A DNA stretch of 64,000 nucleotides. It comes from Octopus vulgaris (Eukaryota). Positions 1 through 10,829 of the stretch are shown one piece after another; the stretch's first letter is position 1, and every line of letters begins with the position of its first letter. The stretch is from assembly GCA_951406725.2 (NCBI GenBank), contig OX597828.1, forward strand, positions 60,574,001-60,638,000, given 5' to 3'. Below the pieces are notes generated by a model. That model did no database searches. It had not been told where the DNA came from and saw only the letters and a program-made list of their open reading frames with translations. The position numbers and the translations under genes are program-made.

Positions 1-269
1 GACGGAGTGTCTATATCTTTAGAGAGACGAACGAAAGAGAAAGAGAAACAAAAAAGTGAGTGTGATGAAGAAAGATGGTGTGATGGAGTGAAGAAAAGAG
101 ACGGAGCGAGAGAAAGAGAAGAGGCAGGGAGAGTGTCTACATATTTAAAGAAAGAAAGAGAGCAAGGGGAAATTACGGTGTGATGGAGAAGAGAGAGTAA
201 AGTTATGCAAATTCTTGAAAAGGATTCGACTTGGATGTGGAAAAATAAATAAAGGAATAAATAAATATA

Positions 270-559
270 TACCTGTCCTATATTTAAGAGATGAAGAATT
301 ATGTACATTATTTATATTTGACGGATATTTGTCCTCATCTTGTTTGTTGTTAATACGTTTCAGCTGATACATCCTCCAGCCTTCATCAGGTGTCTTGGGG
401 AAATTTTGAACTTGGTTTCTCATTCCTAATGTATTTTTTGATGTTGTTATTATTATTATTATTATTATTATCATTATTATTATTAAGGTCACTACCTGGA
501 ATCGAACTCGGAATCTTGGGGTTAGTAGCCTGCGCTCTTAACCACTACGCCATATGCCC
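270..559 (-). mobile_element. tRNA-derived SINE-like element carrying a hammerhead-like motif in its 3' part
   Basis: Minus strand 559-487 reads GGGCATATGGCGTAGTGGTTAAGAGCGCAGGCTACTAACCCCAAGATTCCGAGTTCGATTCCAGGTAGTGACC (A box TGGCGTAGTGG, B box GTTCGATTCC). An (AAT)n tract and the hammerhead-like motif at 393-351 follow. Confidence 0.7.
351..393 (-). ncRNA. Degenerate minimal type I hammerhead ribozyme
   Basis: ACAC-CTGATGA-A-GGCTG-gaggatgtat-CAGCT-GAAAC-GTA. Core and stem II are present, but the 3' strand of stem I (expected GTGT) is missing. Confidence 0.55.
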
Positions 560-994
560 ACGGGCAAACATCAGTGCGGGCAATACGATACGGTGTTTAC
601 CTTTCGTATATTTGTAAGGGCTTTTATTTTTTCTGTTTTTTTCCTTCTCTATATTCAAGATGGTTTTTCTTTAAATGTGTTGGGTTGTGTTTCACTCAAA
701 AGTTATTCAGATTGGGATTTTTTCTTCTGATCGAAAATAGCAAATATTTTAGAAATTTCGTAAAATCCACGTGTTGTTATTAGCAATGTTAATAATTCGT
801 ACATTCGCAAAAGATTATTCCTGCTTAATATATTTCACTTTATATTTCCTCAAGTGTATTCTTTATCACTCAGGAGGACATTCAAGGCTTTTTGCTTTTT
901 TTAAAATAGAAATCGGAGTATTTTAGAAATTTCTTAGCGATTGTCTAGGATTTTTCTAAAAAAAAAACGTGTTGATCAGAGGTCGCCATATTTA

Positions 995-1035
995 ATATAT
1001 GTATATGTATATGTATATGTATATATGTATATATA

Positions 1036-1089
<54 letters not shown>

Positions 1090-1119
1090 TATGTATATAT
1101 ATATATATGCATATGTATA

Positions 1120-1167
<48 letters not shown>

Positions 1168-1735
1168 TATATACATATATATGTATGTATATATATATAT
1201 GTACATATATGTATATGTATATATATATATACGTATATATATGTATTTTTATATACAGATAGACATACAGACGGATAGGTACATAGGTAATATGAATAGA
1301 CAAGCACGCATACACACACATACGCAAATGAAGACTGAAACACATGACCATACACACACACACACACTTCACTTTACACAAGGACACATATGGAGACACA
1401 CTCCATACGTATGGAGACACAGATCCATACATACAGACGCAGTACACAGTCACAAAAACCCATACACACACAAAGACACACTCAGACATACACACACAAG
1501 GAGACAGAGGTACACACACACATGCAAACACACACACACACACAAAACACGCAAACACGAATACACAAACACATGAATATGCAGAATACATACATACAAA
1601 CGTACACACATACATATATACATACGCGCACATACATACATACATACATACATACATACATGCATACACACACTTACACGCATACATACATGCGCATGCG
1701 CGCAACTCACTGACCCCACACACATGCGCACAAAC
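995..1735. repeat. (TA)n / (TATG)n / (CA)n compound microsatellite
   Basis: Simple repeats seen directly; they explain the YI/HT/CV-rich ORFs. Confidence 0.95.
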
Positions 1736-1904
1736 AAAAAGAACGCAGCTTGGATAACGGACAGAGTCAACAACTGAAAAGGTTGCAAGATGCAACGAAA
1801 ATTTTAGGAAAAATAAGTAAGTAAATGAGTGGAAATTTTACCGATGATATTTTACCGAATGATATTTTACCGAAATTTTACCGTTAAATGATAAGGCACT
1901 AAAA

Positions 1905-2680
1905 GAGAATGACTCTCCCCAGACACAACAGAATATGCTTCAACACACGAACTCACATAAAGAATCTTGCAAACCAAATCCAAAAACGAAATGAAGTAAG
2001 CTTTGGTCAAGCTAGCAAGACGCTGAGAAACACCATGTTCTGCTGTCTAAAAATCAAAATAGCTACCCGACAGCTCCACTTCAATAAAACTTGCATCTCC
2101 TCCAAGCTAATACACGAGATCTGTGAATTCGGCTGTCAAGCGGTTAGAACTCACAGAACATCAAGCAAGAAAACTAAGACGCACGATGTTACAAAATATC
2201 AAAAAGAAAATATACTCAGAAATCAACCAGTACCAGAAACGAAAGAGACAGATTTATGACAATCATCCAGTAAGAATACCGCCGAGTAAACCATGCCTGT
2301 AACAAACATTTCAACAATAAACTCAAGTGAGTGAAACAGCAACAACAACGATCCCAATACAAATACCCAAACAATATCGACGGGATTGTTTTATCGGAAT
2401 GTAAACTACCAGAGGAATTCGGCGCCAGGACACCGAAAAAACAATACCTCCACCGCCGCCGCCGCCAACAACAACAACAACGACAACAACAACAATTACA
2501 CTTCTGGAATATACGGTGCAGTACAGCTAGATACAGATGAAACGCATGCTTTAAAGTTACCACAAAAATTCGCTATGTAGCGAATTTTGGTGGTAATACG
2601 GTCAGAAAAAAATGATTGTCTATCTGAAATTGAAAACAACGTACTTAAAATTAAGACAGAGGTTAGGACAATACAACAAC
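1905..2680 (+). mobile_element. Decayed N-terminal ORF fragment, probably Penelope-like
   Basis: Translated pieces QLHFNKTCISSKLI and DETHALKLPQKFA resemble the pre-RT region of PLE ORFs; broken by stops. Confidence 0.4.
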
Positions 2681-2899
2681 AACAACAACACAAACATACG
2701 AAACCAAAACAACTACGATAGCATTAGCGATGTTGATGACAACAATAGTGGCAATAACAATAAAAACAATGATAACCACAACATTCCCCACTCAACTATA
2801 ACAACAACACGAGCATACGAAACCGAAACAACTATTATAATAACAATAACGATGATACTAGCAACTGCAACAACACCACCCACAACAATAACAACAACA

Positions 2900-4900
2900 A
2901 CAATGGATATAAGTGACAGATGTTCCCCTGGCTCTACTGATCCACAAAAGAACGCGGATAAAACGACGAATGAGAGACCTGCCAAGGAAGGAGACACCAA
3001 TGCAAACAACCAAAGAGTTGAAAGGAGTAAAAATGGTAAAAGGAACAGTGAAGAAAAAAGGAAGAGAAAAGCCTCTGATGATGACACAAATAAAAAGAGA
3101 AGTAAAAACAAACGAGAGCCCCCGAGAAAAGCAACTATGGAAAGAATTAAGTCAGACAGTCCATATGCAAAGGTACAAATAGTCAAGGAACACACACAAG
3201 TATGTAAATTTTACTTGTGCAGTGTTTGCTGGTATGCAAACTGCCGCTTCCTATACCCCAAACCCTCCTACAGTCAGAACAAAAGCATCCCTCTAATGGG
3301 ACCAAAAGACAAAGAAAGGCTCCAAAAGGGAAAAAGTTGCACATCACCTACATCAAAACAAAAATATGCTTATGTAGTGCGCACTACCTCTAACAGCCAT
3401 AATATCCAGAAGCTGCAACTGAGCAGCAAGCTTTTTTACCCATGGCACAAAAGATTGTACAGCAACTGACCTGGTTACATCAATTCCAGGGTCGAAGTTA
3501 TCCCCAGCAACATACAAGACCGTCAGAGCCAATGAATCCATAGTGTCTACCACTGGTATCAGCACAGATATCGAATCAATATGGACATCAAAGGACAGTT
3601 ACAACTCAGTAGCAGAACCAAAATTCCCTTCCTGAGAGACCTTGTGGCATGCAATCAAGCCTAAACACACCTAAAATCCGACATCGTAGATACAGAAATA
3701 CACAAACCAAAATATGTTGTATTGCGAAGCGACGGAAAAGACCGGAGTCATGATTGGAGTTGCAATGTATATCCGTGAAGATCTCACGCCCCAGATCCTT
3801 TTGCCACATTCAAACTCGGTTTGTGGCATACTAATTGTATATAGAGATCAACTTGATATAGTTATATGCGCTACTTATCGCCAACCAGATGCTCCAAATT
3901 ACACGAGCCTATTCAAAGACTTCTTTGCAAGAATAGAAGTCTTAACCAAACTAGAACAACACAGCAGTGTGATTCTCATGGGAGACTTATACTTGCTCAA
4001 CGTAGGATGGCCTGAGAGTATTTTCTTCTCAGGTATGATGCAATGTGAGCAAAGTCAAGTGGAATCCCTGCTCAACCTCAAAGTTATAAATGGAGCAGGT
4101 CCGTCAACTAAGGCAAACAATATACTTGATCTCTGTTTTATAATCAATATGGATCTCATCCATAATATGTAAGTGAAGAAGAGGATGTACTACTGGAAAT
4201 AGATGACACAGACGCCAACCCAACTGCTGGTCCTGATGGATTCCCAGCAATCCTCTGGCTATGGAAACGTGCCCTTGCAAAATTGCTGCAGCTTCTTTTC
4301 CAGAGCCTCCTTGTAAGTGGTAAACTCTCAGGCAAACTGAAGGAAGGAATAATATACTCTATTCCGAAAGGAGGAAGCAGAGCATTTGCTAAAGATTATA
4401 GGCCTATCTCGCTGACCTCACACATCAGCAAAGTCATGGAACGAATAGAATGACTTGCTGACTGACTACCAGCACGGCTTTCGATCAGGTAGATGCTGCC
4501 TGACACAGCTCTTGCAGCACTACGACCGGGCGCAGCTGTTCAACAACTCAAATGTGAACGTGATATATTTCGACTTTGAAGAATCCTTTGTTAAAGTCAA
4601 CCATGCTATATGTTATAATCTGCGTGATCTCGGCATGGTCGGAAAATTTAGAGTATGGCGACATGATTTCCTAAACGATAGAAATCAGGTAGTGGTGGCC
4701 GCCTCTGAAGGAAAGTAAATAATCAATGATGTCCCACAGGGCACCGTCTTGAGGTCACTGTCATTCAGACATACCATCAGCTGCTCAGATATACTATCAG
4801 CTGCACTCTTGCTAACTATGCGGGTGATACAAATATCTCTTAGAGAATACAGAACCCTGGAGATGTTGCACATCCGCAGCAGAAGTTGGACGCAATATAT
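2900..4900 (+). mobile_element. Decayed CR1/L2-superclade LINE (ORF1 remnant, APE, partial RT)
   Basis: ORF1-like part with CCCH-like motif CKFYLCSVCWYANCRF; APE motifs ILMGDL and NILDLCF; RT motifs YRPISLTSH, QHGFRSGRCC, IYFDF and VPQG; internally deleted. Confidence 0.8.
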
Positions 4901-4901
4901 A

Positions 4902-5236
4902 TGTTATGACGAGAATCATGACACCCCCTGTGAGAATAGACTAGCTGAACTCGTATAAATAGCAGCATGTTTGACTGAGGGGGAGATGAAAAATCGCAGG
5001 AAGTCGAAAGGTGTTGTTCGTGAGTTTGTGGAGCCGCAGGAAATTGTTGAGAAGTTGTTATTGTTCGTTGAGAGTTGTTTTGGATTGGTTACAGTTGTTG
5101 ACAGAGTATTTGAGAATACATCAAGTTGAAACAATTGGCGTCTATCCCGTTTCGTAGTATTGTATATCCCACTGTTATAAAAATAGCATACAGCACCACG
5201 ATACAAAAGTCGCGACGAGTATATTCACGTAGAACA
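4902..5236 (+). mobile_element. 5' LTR of a Gypsy-type retrotransposon
   Basis: Begins TGTT and ends AACA; followed by PBS-like TGGTGACGA at 5239 and then gag. Confidence 0.7.
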
Positions 5237-6705
5237 ATTGGTGACGAAGTGATTTGACGCTTACGTCATTAACAATTTTTTATGATACAAAAGATTCGTT
5301 AATTATGGAAGGCCTATTAGCCGACATATTACAGTTGCAAAAGCAACAGCAGCAACAAGAGTTGCACCAAGAACTACAGCAACAGCACAATCAGTTGCTG
5401 GAACCAATGTTGGAGTCGGGAAACACCGCAAGTTTGTTTTCGCCAGATGGCGTAGCGAGTGCTATAACGGAATTTAGAGAGTATAACTTTTTCGGCATAC
5501 TTAAGAAGAAACGAAGAAATCTTCAAGGAACAATGCAAGTGTTAGACAGACAATAAAAAAGTGAGACTACTGTTACGGAAACTAGGTCCTTCAGAACATG
5601 GTAAATACTGCAATTTTATCCTGCCGAAAAGCAAAATAAAACAAGTAAAATTTGTTTCGAGGAAACAATTGAATTGCTTTCCAAAATGTTCAGTGATAGG
5701 AGTTCTCTGCTTAGCACTCACTGGGAATGTTTGAACTTAGTAAAAAAAAGAGGGCGAAGAAATTGTTAGTTATGCCGGAATCGTAAATAGAATGTGCGAA
5801 AAATTTAAACTGAAGGAATTATCTCCGGACATATTTAAATGCCCCATCTTTGTGCAAAGTTTAACTGCAGACAAAGATGCAGAAATACGTGCATGGATTC
5901 TTACCAAACTAAAACAGGAGGACCAGCATTTAACCCTGCAGGCAGTAGCAAAGAAATGTCAAAGAATTATTAACTTGCGACAGGATGTAAAGAAAATGGA
6001 AGAAAAATAATTTCTCTCAAGTACAGACATGTCGACCGGGAATAAATAAAGAAAAAAGAATGTTACGACCAAATCAATGCCATGGGTGTAGAGGTCTGCA
6101 TTTTAAGAAAGACTTTCCATTTAAAACTCGGAAATGTTTTAGATGTCAAAAAATATGACATAAAAGCTCACACTGCATAGTGAAGCAAGAATGGTCGGAA
6201 AAAAAATTTCTAAAATTGTTTACTCAATGGAAAGTCGTGACGACACCCAAAAGAGAAAGCATGCGTATGTAAAAATAAACGACGCGAACGTGAAACTACA
6301 ATTAGACACACGTAGCGACATTACAATTATTGTCACCGACACGTGGAAGAAAATTGGGAAATCTACATTAAAGAAAATATCGAAAAATGCGCGCGACGTT
6401 TCAGGTGAAAGATTACACTTCTTAGGCGAAATGGTAAGCGACATTACCTTTCGTGATAAAACCTATAAAGCAAAAGTGTTTGTGTTAAACAACGCAACAA
6501 ACTTGTTCGGTACTGACTGGATGGAGTTGTTTGATTTAATGGATCTCCCCATAAATCTGTCTGTAAAAACATAAATAATTATTCCTCCAGTAAGAAGAAT
6601 AAGCCATCAGATGAATTGAAGAAAAAATTTTAAAATGTTTTTCCTGAAGTGTTGGATAAATTAGGTTTGTGTACTTTTAACTGAGTCATGTTTCCAAATT
6701 AAAGA
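5237..6705 (+). mobile_element. Gypsy-type internal region (gag plus aspartic protease pseudogene), truncated before RT
   Basis: Gag-like ORF pieces, decayed CCHC knuckles near 6078-6180, and protease motif KLQLDTRSDITII...LFGTDW in ORF 6191-6574. Confidence 0.8.
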
Positions 6706-6707
6706 AA

Positions 6708-6930
6708 ACCCACTTGGACGGGATGCCAAGGTGAGCTGCAAGATGCAGGAGGAAAGAGTGAGAGAAAGTTGTGACGAAAGAGTCAGCAGAAGTTTGCCAT
6801 TACCTTCTGCCGGAGCCGTGTGGAGCTTAGGTGTTTCGCTCATAAATACACACATCGCCCGGTCTGAGGTTCGAACCCGCGATCCCTCGACCGCGAGTCC
6901 GCTGCTCTAACAACTAGGCCATGTGCTTTC
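6708..6930 (-). mobile_element. tRNA-derived SINE
   Basis: Minus-strand head with A box TGGCCTAGTTGTTAG and B box GGTTCGAACC, followed by a non-tRNA body. Confidence 0.75.
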
Positions 6931-7114
6931 ACACACACACACACACACACATACACACATTAATGACAATTGAATTTTTCCTTTTTGGCTTTACATTGCT
7001 TATAGCCGTCTTCATTATTTTATAATTTCCAAATTATCCTTTTGCTGAATCATCCACTGATTCACATAGTAAATACTGTATACTGATTGAGCCAAACTAT
7101 CCACCGATTGAGTA

Positions 7115-7166
7115 ATCATCACTGATGAGCTTTTAATTCAAAGCGAAACAAGACTAGTGTGATGAT
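7115..7166 (+). ncRNA. Type I hammerhead ribozyme fold with a GUG (non-cleavable) site
   Basis: ATCATCA-CTGATGA-GCTTT-taattc-AAAGC-GAAAC-aagacta-GTG-TGATGAT: 7-bp stem I, 5-bp stem II, intact CUGAUGA/GAAA core. Confidence 0.75.
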
Positions 7167-7243
7167 CTCCCTTGCGGGGGGTGGTAATCTTCCTTGTCAG
7201 TTCATAGGCATGTGCTTCTTTGCACCTCTAAGGGCTTTTTTCA

Positions 7244-7296
<53 letters not shown>

Positions 7297-7483
7297 CACA
7301 ATGAGGATATCTAAACCTCTTGTAGGGATATTTTAGCCAAGATACACTAGTTTAATATATTATATTTTGAAGAGATATTTCTTCAATGAATATATTATGT
7401 AAAATATCGTAAAATACTAAACATTATTATCGAGTTAGAAAAGAGGGAGATCTAATGGATACAAATTAATTAATCAACATATT

Positions 7484-7585
7484 CACCTACAATTGTTTTA
7501 TTTCACAAAGAAAATTAAAATTACAAAACATATATAAATATATATTTTGAATTTTAAATACCTTTTATGGAAAATCATCAGGGTG
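7484..7585 (-). ncRNA. Type I hammerhead ribozyme, G12-to-A variant
   Basis: CACC-CTGATGA-[long AT-rich stem II]-AAAAC-AATT-GTA-GGTG. Confidence 0.65.
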
Positions 7586-7906
7586 TACAAAGGACAATAC
7601 AGGGATTACATTAAGATACGCTTAGAATACGCAGAATATATAGACATGTTTATTATGTGTGTATGTATATGTGTGTGCACGCATGCGTTAAAATTATTAC
7701 TTTCAATTTTAATTCAATAACAATAATTATAATAATTATGGATAATGGGTTATTATTCATGTTTATCACTATTAGTGAATTAAAAATGAAAGTAATAATT
7801 TTAACGCACGCGTGCACACACATATACATACACACATAATAAACATGTCTATATATTCTGAGTATTCCAAACTTATCTTAATGTAATCCCTGTATTGTTC
7901 TTTGTA

Positions 7907-8009
7907 CACCCTGATGATTTTCCATACAAAGTATTTAAAATGCAAAATTATATATTTATATAGGTTTTGTAATTTTAATTTTGCTTGTGAAATGAAACAA
8001 TTTTAGGTG
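7907..8009 (+). ncRNA. Type I hammerhead ribozyme, stem III G-to-T variant
   Basis: CACC-CTGATGA-[long AT-rich stem II]-GAAAC-AATT-TTA-GGTG. Confidence 0.65.
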
Positions 8010-8030
8010 AATATGTTAATTAATTAATAG

Positions 8031-8088
<58 letters not shown>

Positions 8089-8163
8089 TATATATATATA
8101 CATATATATTTAGTGTAGGAAGAAATGGAGCTGAACGAAGATTTAACAAAATTCCTTTTTATT

Positions 8164-8249
8164 ATTTTCTACATATGTTTCAAAGGCTGCAAAGTCCCTA
8201 ATTCGGATTGAATAAGGAGTCCATTTTGCAGCCTTCTCTTCAGGAAAAT
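8164..8249 (-). ncRNA. Intact minimal type I hammerhead ribozyme
   Basis: ATTTTC-CTGAAGA-GAAGGCTGCAAA...TTTGCAGCCTTT-GAAAC-ATAT-GTA-GAAAAT: 6-bp stem I, 12-bp stem II, palindromic ACATATGT stem III, GUA site. Confidence 0.85.
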
Positions 8250-9560
8250 CCAGGAACTTAATTCTCCAACAAAATGCACAGCAAGCTTTTCGACAAACGC
8301 TCACGAGGAGCCCATGGAATAAATGGCACAAACTGTCTATCTATATGCGTTGACGCCAGGCTGGGTGAAAGCAGACGAGAAGGTCCGTTGAGATAATTCA
8401 AGGTCAAAATCCGGTTAGCAGAAGGGGAGTACAGGAAAATCAAAGAGTGTGAATGTATTCTGTATGACTGGTGTTAATATTTGAATTATTTTAAGAATGA
8501 GTGCTAGAGTGTTTGAGTGTGAGAAATTGCTTTCATGTATGTGTGGCAGTGTTTCGAAGGCAGCAAGAGGGAGAGATATAGCAGGTATTAATGGTCAAGC
8601 AACAGAAAAGACTGTGTCTGTGTGTTCGTCTGTAACCACTTGATAGAGAGAGGGGGTGTCCACAATGGTCATGGCAGGATACAGTGCTGCTGTCAGGGAT
8701 GTCAGCAGTTCTAGACAACTAGCAGATCTTATACTAACAGGGAAGGAATATCCCCTTCCAAATTTAATTCAATTTTTTTTCAATTTTCTTAGGAAATCAA
8801 GGGGTTAACTATATTAGACTTATTGGTATGAGGGAAATGTATGCCGTTTCCAGTGGGGGCATCTGAAAGAATTTTGCACAATCGAGTTAACAAGAGTTCC
8901 GAGTTACAAAGAGCACAGATTTTTTTGCCCTTATCAGACTTATCATTGCCTTTTTTTGCCCTTATCAGACACCGATAAAATTGACCATTCCAGTTGAATT
9001 CGCGTTCTTCAAACGCCAGACTAATTTGCTTAGTCCCGTAGCGTGTTGCTTTTCCTTATCACGGAACATGGAAAAATGATTCGATATTCTAACAGCCAAT
9101 TTCGATGATGATGCTCCGATATAAATGTAGACATCTGAATCAGTATAAACTCTGCACTGGTAAATGGCGTTTCTAATCTTGGAGTTACTAGATAAGAACC
9201 TTAATCTATTTGGATTGACTTCCGATATTAATACAGCGTTCTAATTACTATGATGATTGTAAAAACTACCGCTGGATTCGATATTACTCACCCCATTATC
9301 ATTACTATTTAAGGCAATATCACCTGCATATTCCCTGTTACTGTGAATGCTGTGATTGATAATGTCTGTAATACTACTGTTGTTAAAACCGCTGCTAATA
9401 TTATTGTTGGGACTCCCTACATTAATGACTAGATCAGTGCTCTTATCCTTATTACCATTACTTACTCCCCCTACGTTAATGACGAGATCATTGCTCTTAT
9501 CCTTATTACTATTACTAACTCCAATGTTGGTATGGAGGTTGCTAATATCTGTGCCAGTTC

Positions 9561-9648
<88 letters not shown>
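9561..9648. repeat. (ATT)n microsatellite
   Basis: Pure trinucleotide tract. Confidence 0.95.
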
Positions 9649-9650
<2 letters not shown>

Positions 9651-10373
9651 TGCGCGTTATGTTGGAATTAGACGGAGCAGAGTTTCCGCTCATGGGTGAG
9701 AGGGCCTTATTTAGCACAGCTTATTGTTATGGGAGGAAATTATCTGTGAAAGATTTTTAGTATTGGAGAAGGCTATCCTAACTTTGTGCGAATTTACAGT
9801 GGAGTAATATCTCGAATTTCTGGGAAAATTTCTGGCAATTGCTTGGCGAAACTGCAATGGTAGGTTAGATCTTATTTGTTTAGGGACTTTGCAGCCTTTG
9901 AAACATATGTAGAAAATAATAAAAAGGAATTTTGTTAAATCTTCGTTCAGCTCCATTTCTTCCTACACTAAATATATAAAACTTCAAATTTCCGCACTAA
10001 GGCACGGATTTTAGGCCCCATGGTCGTAACCTCAACCGTGCTTTTTCTGTTGTGATTTTTGCTACCCAGGTATCGGTTATCATTTGAATTATCCGTAATA
10101 AGATAATTCATTTATCTACTTCAAATATATATACATATATATATAACTGCGTAAATTACGAGGGTAAAAATTAAAATATTTTACTACCAGTGGTTCCCAT
10201 GTTTAATAAAAGTAATAAAATGTAACATATTTTTTACGTATAAGAGTGACAGGACAGTTAAGCCCAAACTAGAGTTAACAAAATAAAAAATTAGTTAATC
10301 CCATACACGAGTTTCGCTATTAATGATCAAATAAATTTAACTGACCTTTCTAGTATGTCAAGGGTCTTGTATA

Positions 10374-10408
<35 letters not shown>

Positions 10409-10743
10409 ATACATAAATAAATAAATATATATATATATATGTGTGTGTATGTGTGTGTGTGTGTGCGCGTGCGCGTGTGTGTGTTTGTGTGCGCGCGTGC
10501 GTGTGTGTATGTGTGTTTATATATATATATGTGTGTGTGTGTGTTTGTGTGTATATATGTGTGTATGTGTGAGTGTGTGTAATTTATCTAAAAGTTCATT
10601 ATCTAAAAGTTCTAAAAGTCAGGAAAAAATGCACTCGCATAGATATACGAGTGCATTTTCCTCTGTGCATACGAGTACATTTTTCAATAGAGTGGGTATA
10701 TATTATCTGAAGTGTACAGTATTATATATCCATTACGGCCGAT

Positions 10744-10826
10744 CTTACCGATCGATTTCAGGCTTGGGATTCAATAGAGTATTAGGTAACAATCTGATTA
10801 TGTAACCATGCGCTCATCAGAGGTAG
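10744..10826 (-). ncRNA. Degenerate type I hammerhead motif
   Basis: TACCT-CTGATGA-GCGCATGG...CCAAGCCT-GAAA-TCGA-TC-GGTA; palindromic ATCGAT stem III; stems I and II imperfect. Confidence 0.45.
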
Positions 10827-10829
10827 CCG

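Larger units (their letters stand above)
7465..8028. repeat. Near-perfect ~560-bp palindrome (inverted PLE pseudo-LTR pair)
   Basis: Arms ~7465-7740 and ~7752-8028 are reverse complements; the mirror ORFs 7653-7835(-) and 7657-7839(+) show this. Each arm carries a hammerhead motif. Confidence 0.9.
8104..9977 (-). mobile_element. Penelope-like element remnant (GIY-YIG endonuclease, no RT seen) bounded by 98-nt inverted repeats
   Basis: Minus-strand translation near 9170-9050 gives NAIYQCRVYTDSDVYIYIGASSSKLAVRISNH (GIY-YIG). 8104-8201 is the exact reverse complement of 9880-9977. Flanked on the left by (TA)n. Confidence 0.8.

Noticed and set aside
487-559. Functional tRNA gene (also 6855-6930)
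   Set aside because: Acceptor stem pairing is poor, there is no adjacent Pol III terminator, and the sequence continues into a repeat body; treated as SINE heads.
941-1795. Long YI/HT/CV-rich ORFs here and at 13355-14930, 28635-29131, 33486-34923 and 37770-39515
   Set aside because: Translations of (TA)n, (CA)n and (GT)n microsatellites that lack stop codons; not genes.
9241-9760. Poly-N / poly-L ORFs as host genes
   Set aside because: Caused by an (ATT)n expansion within the low-complexity linker of the Penelope-like remnant.
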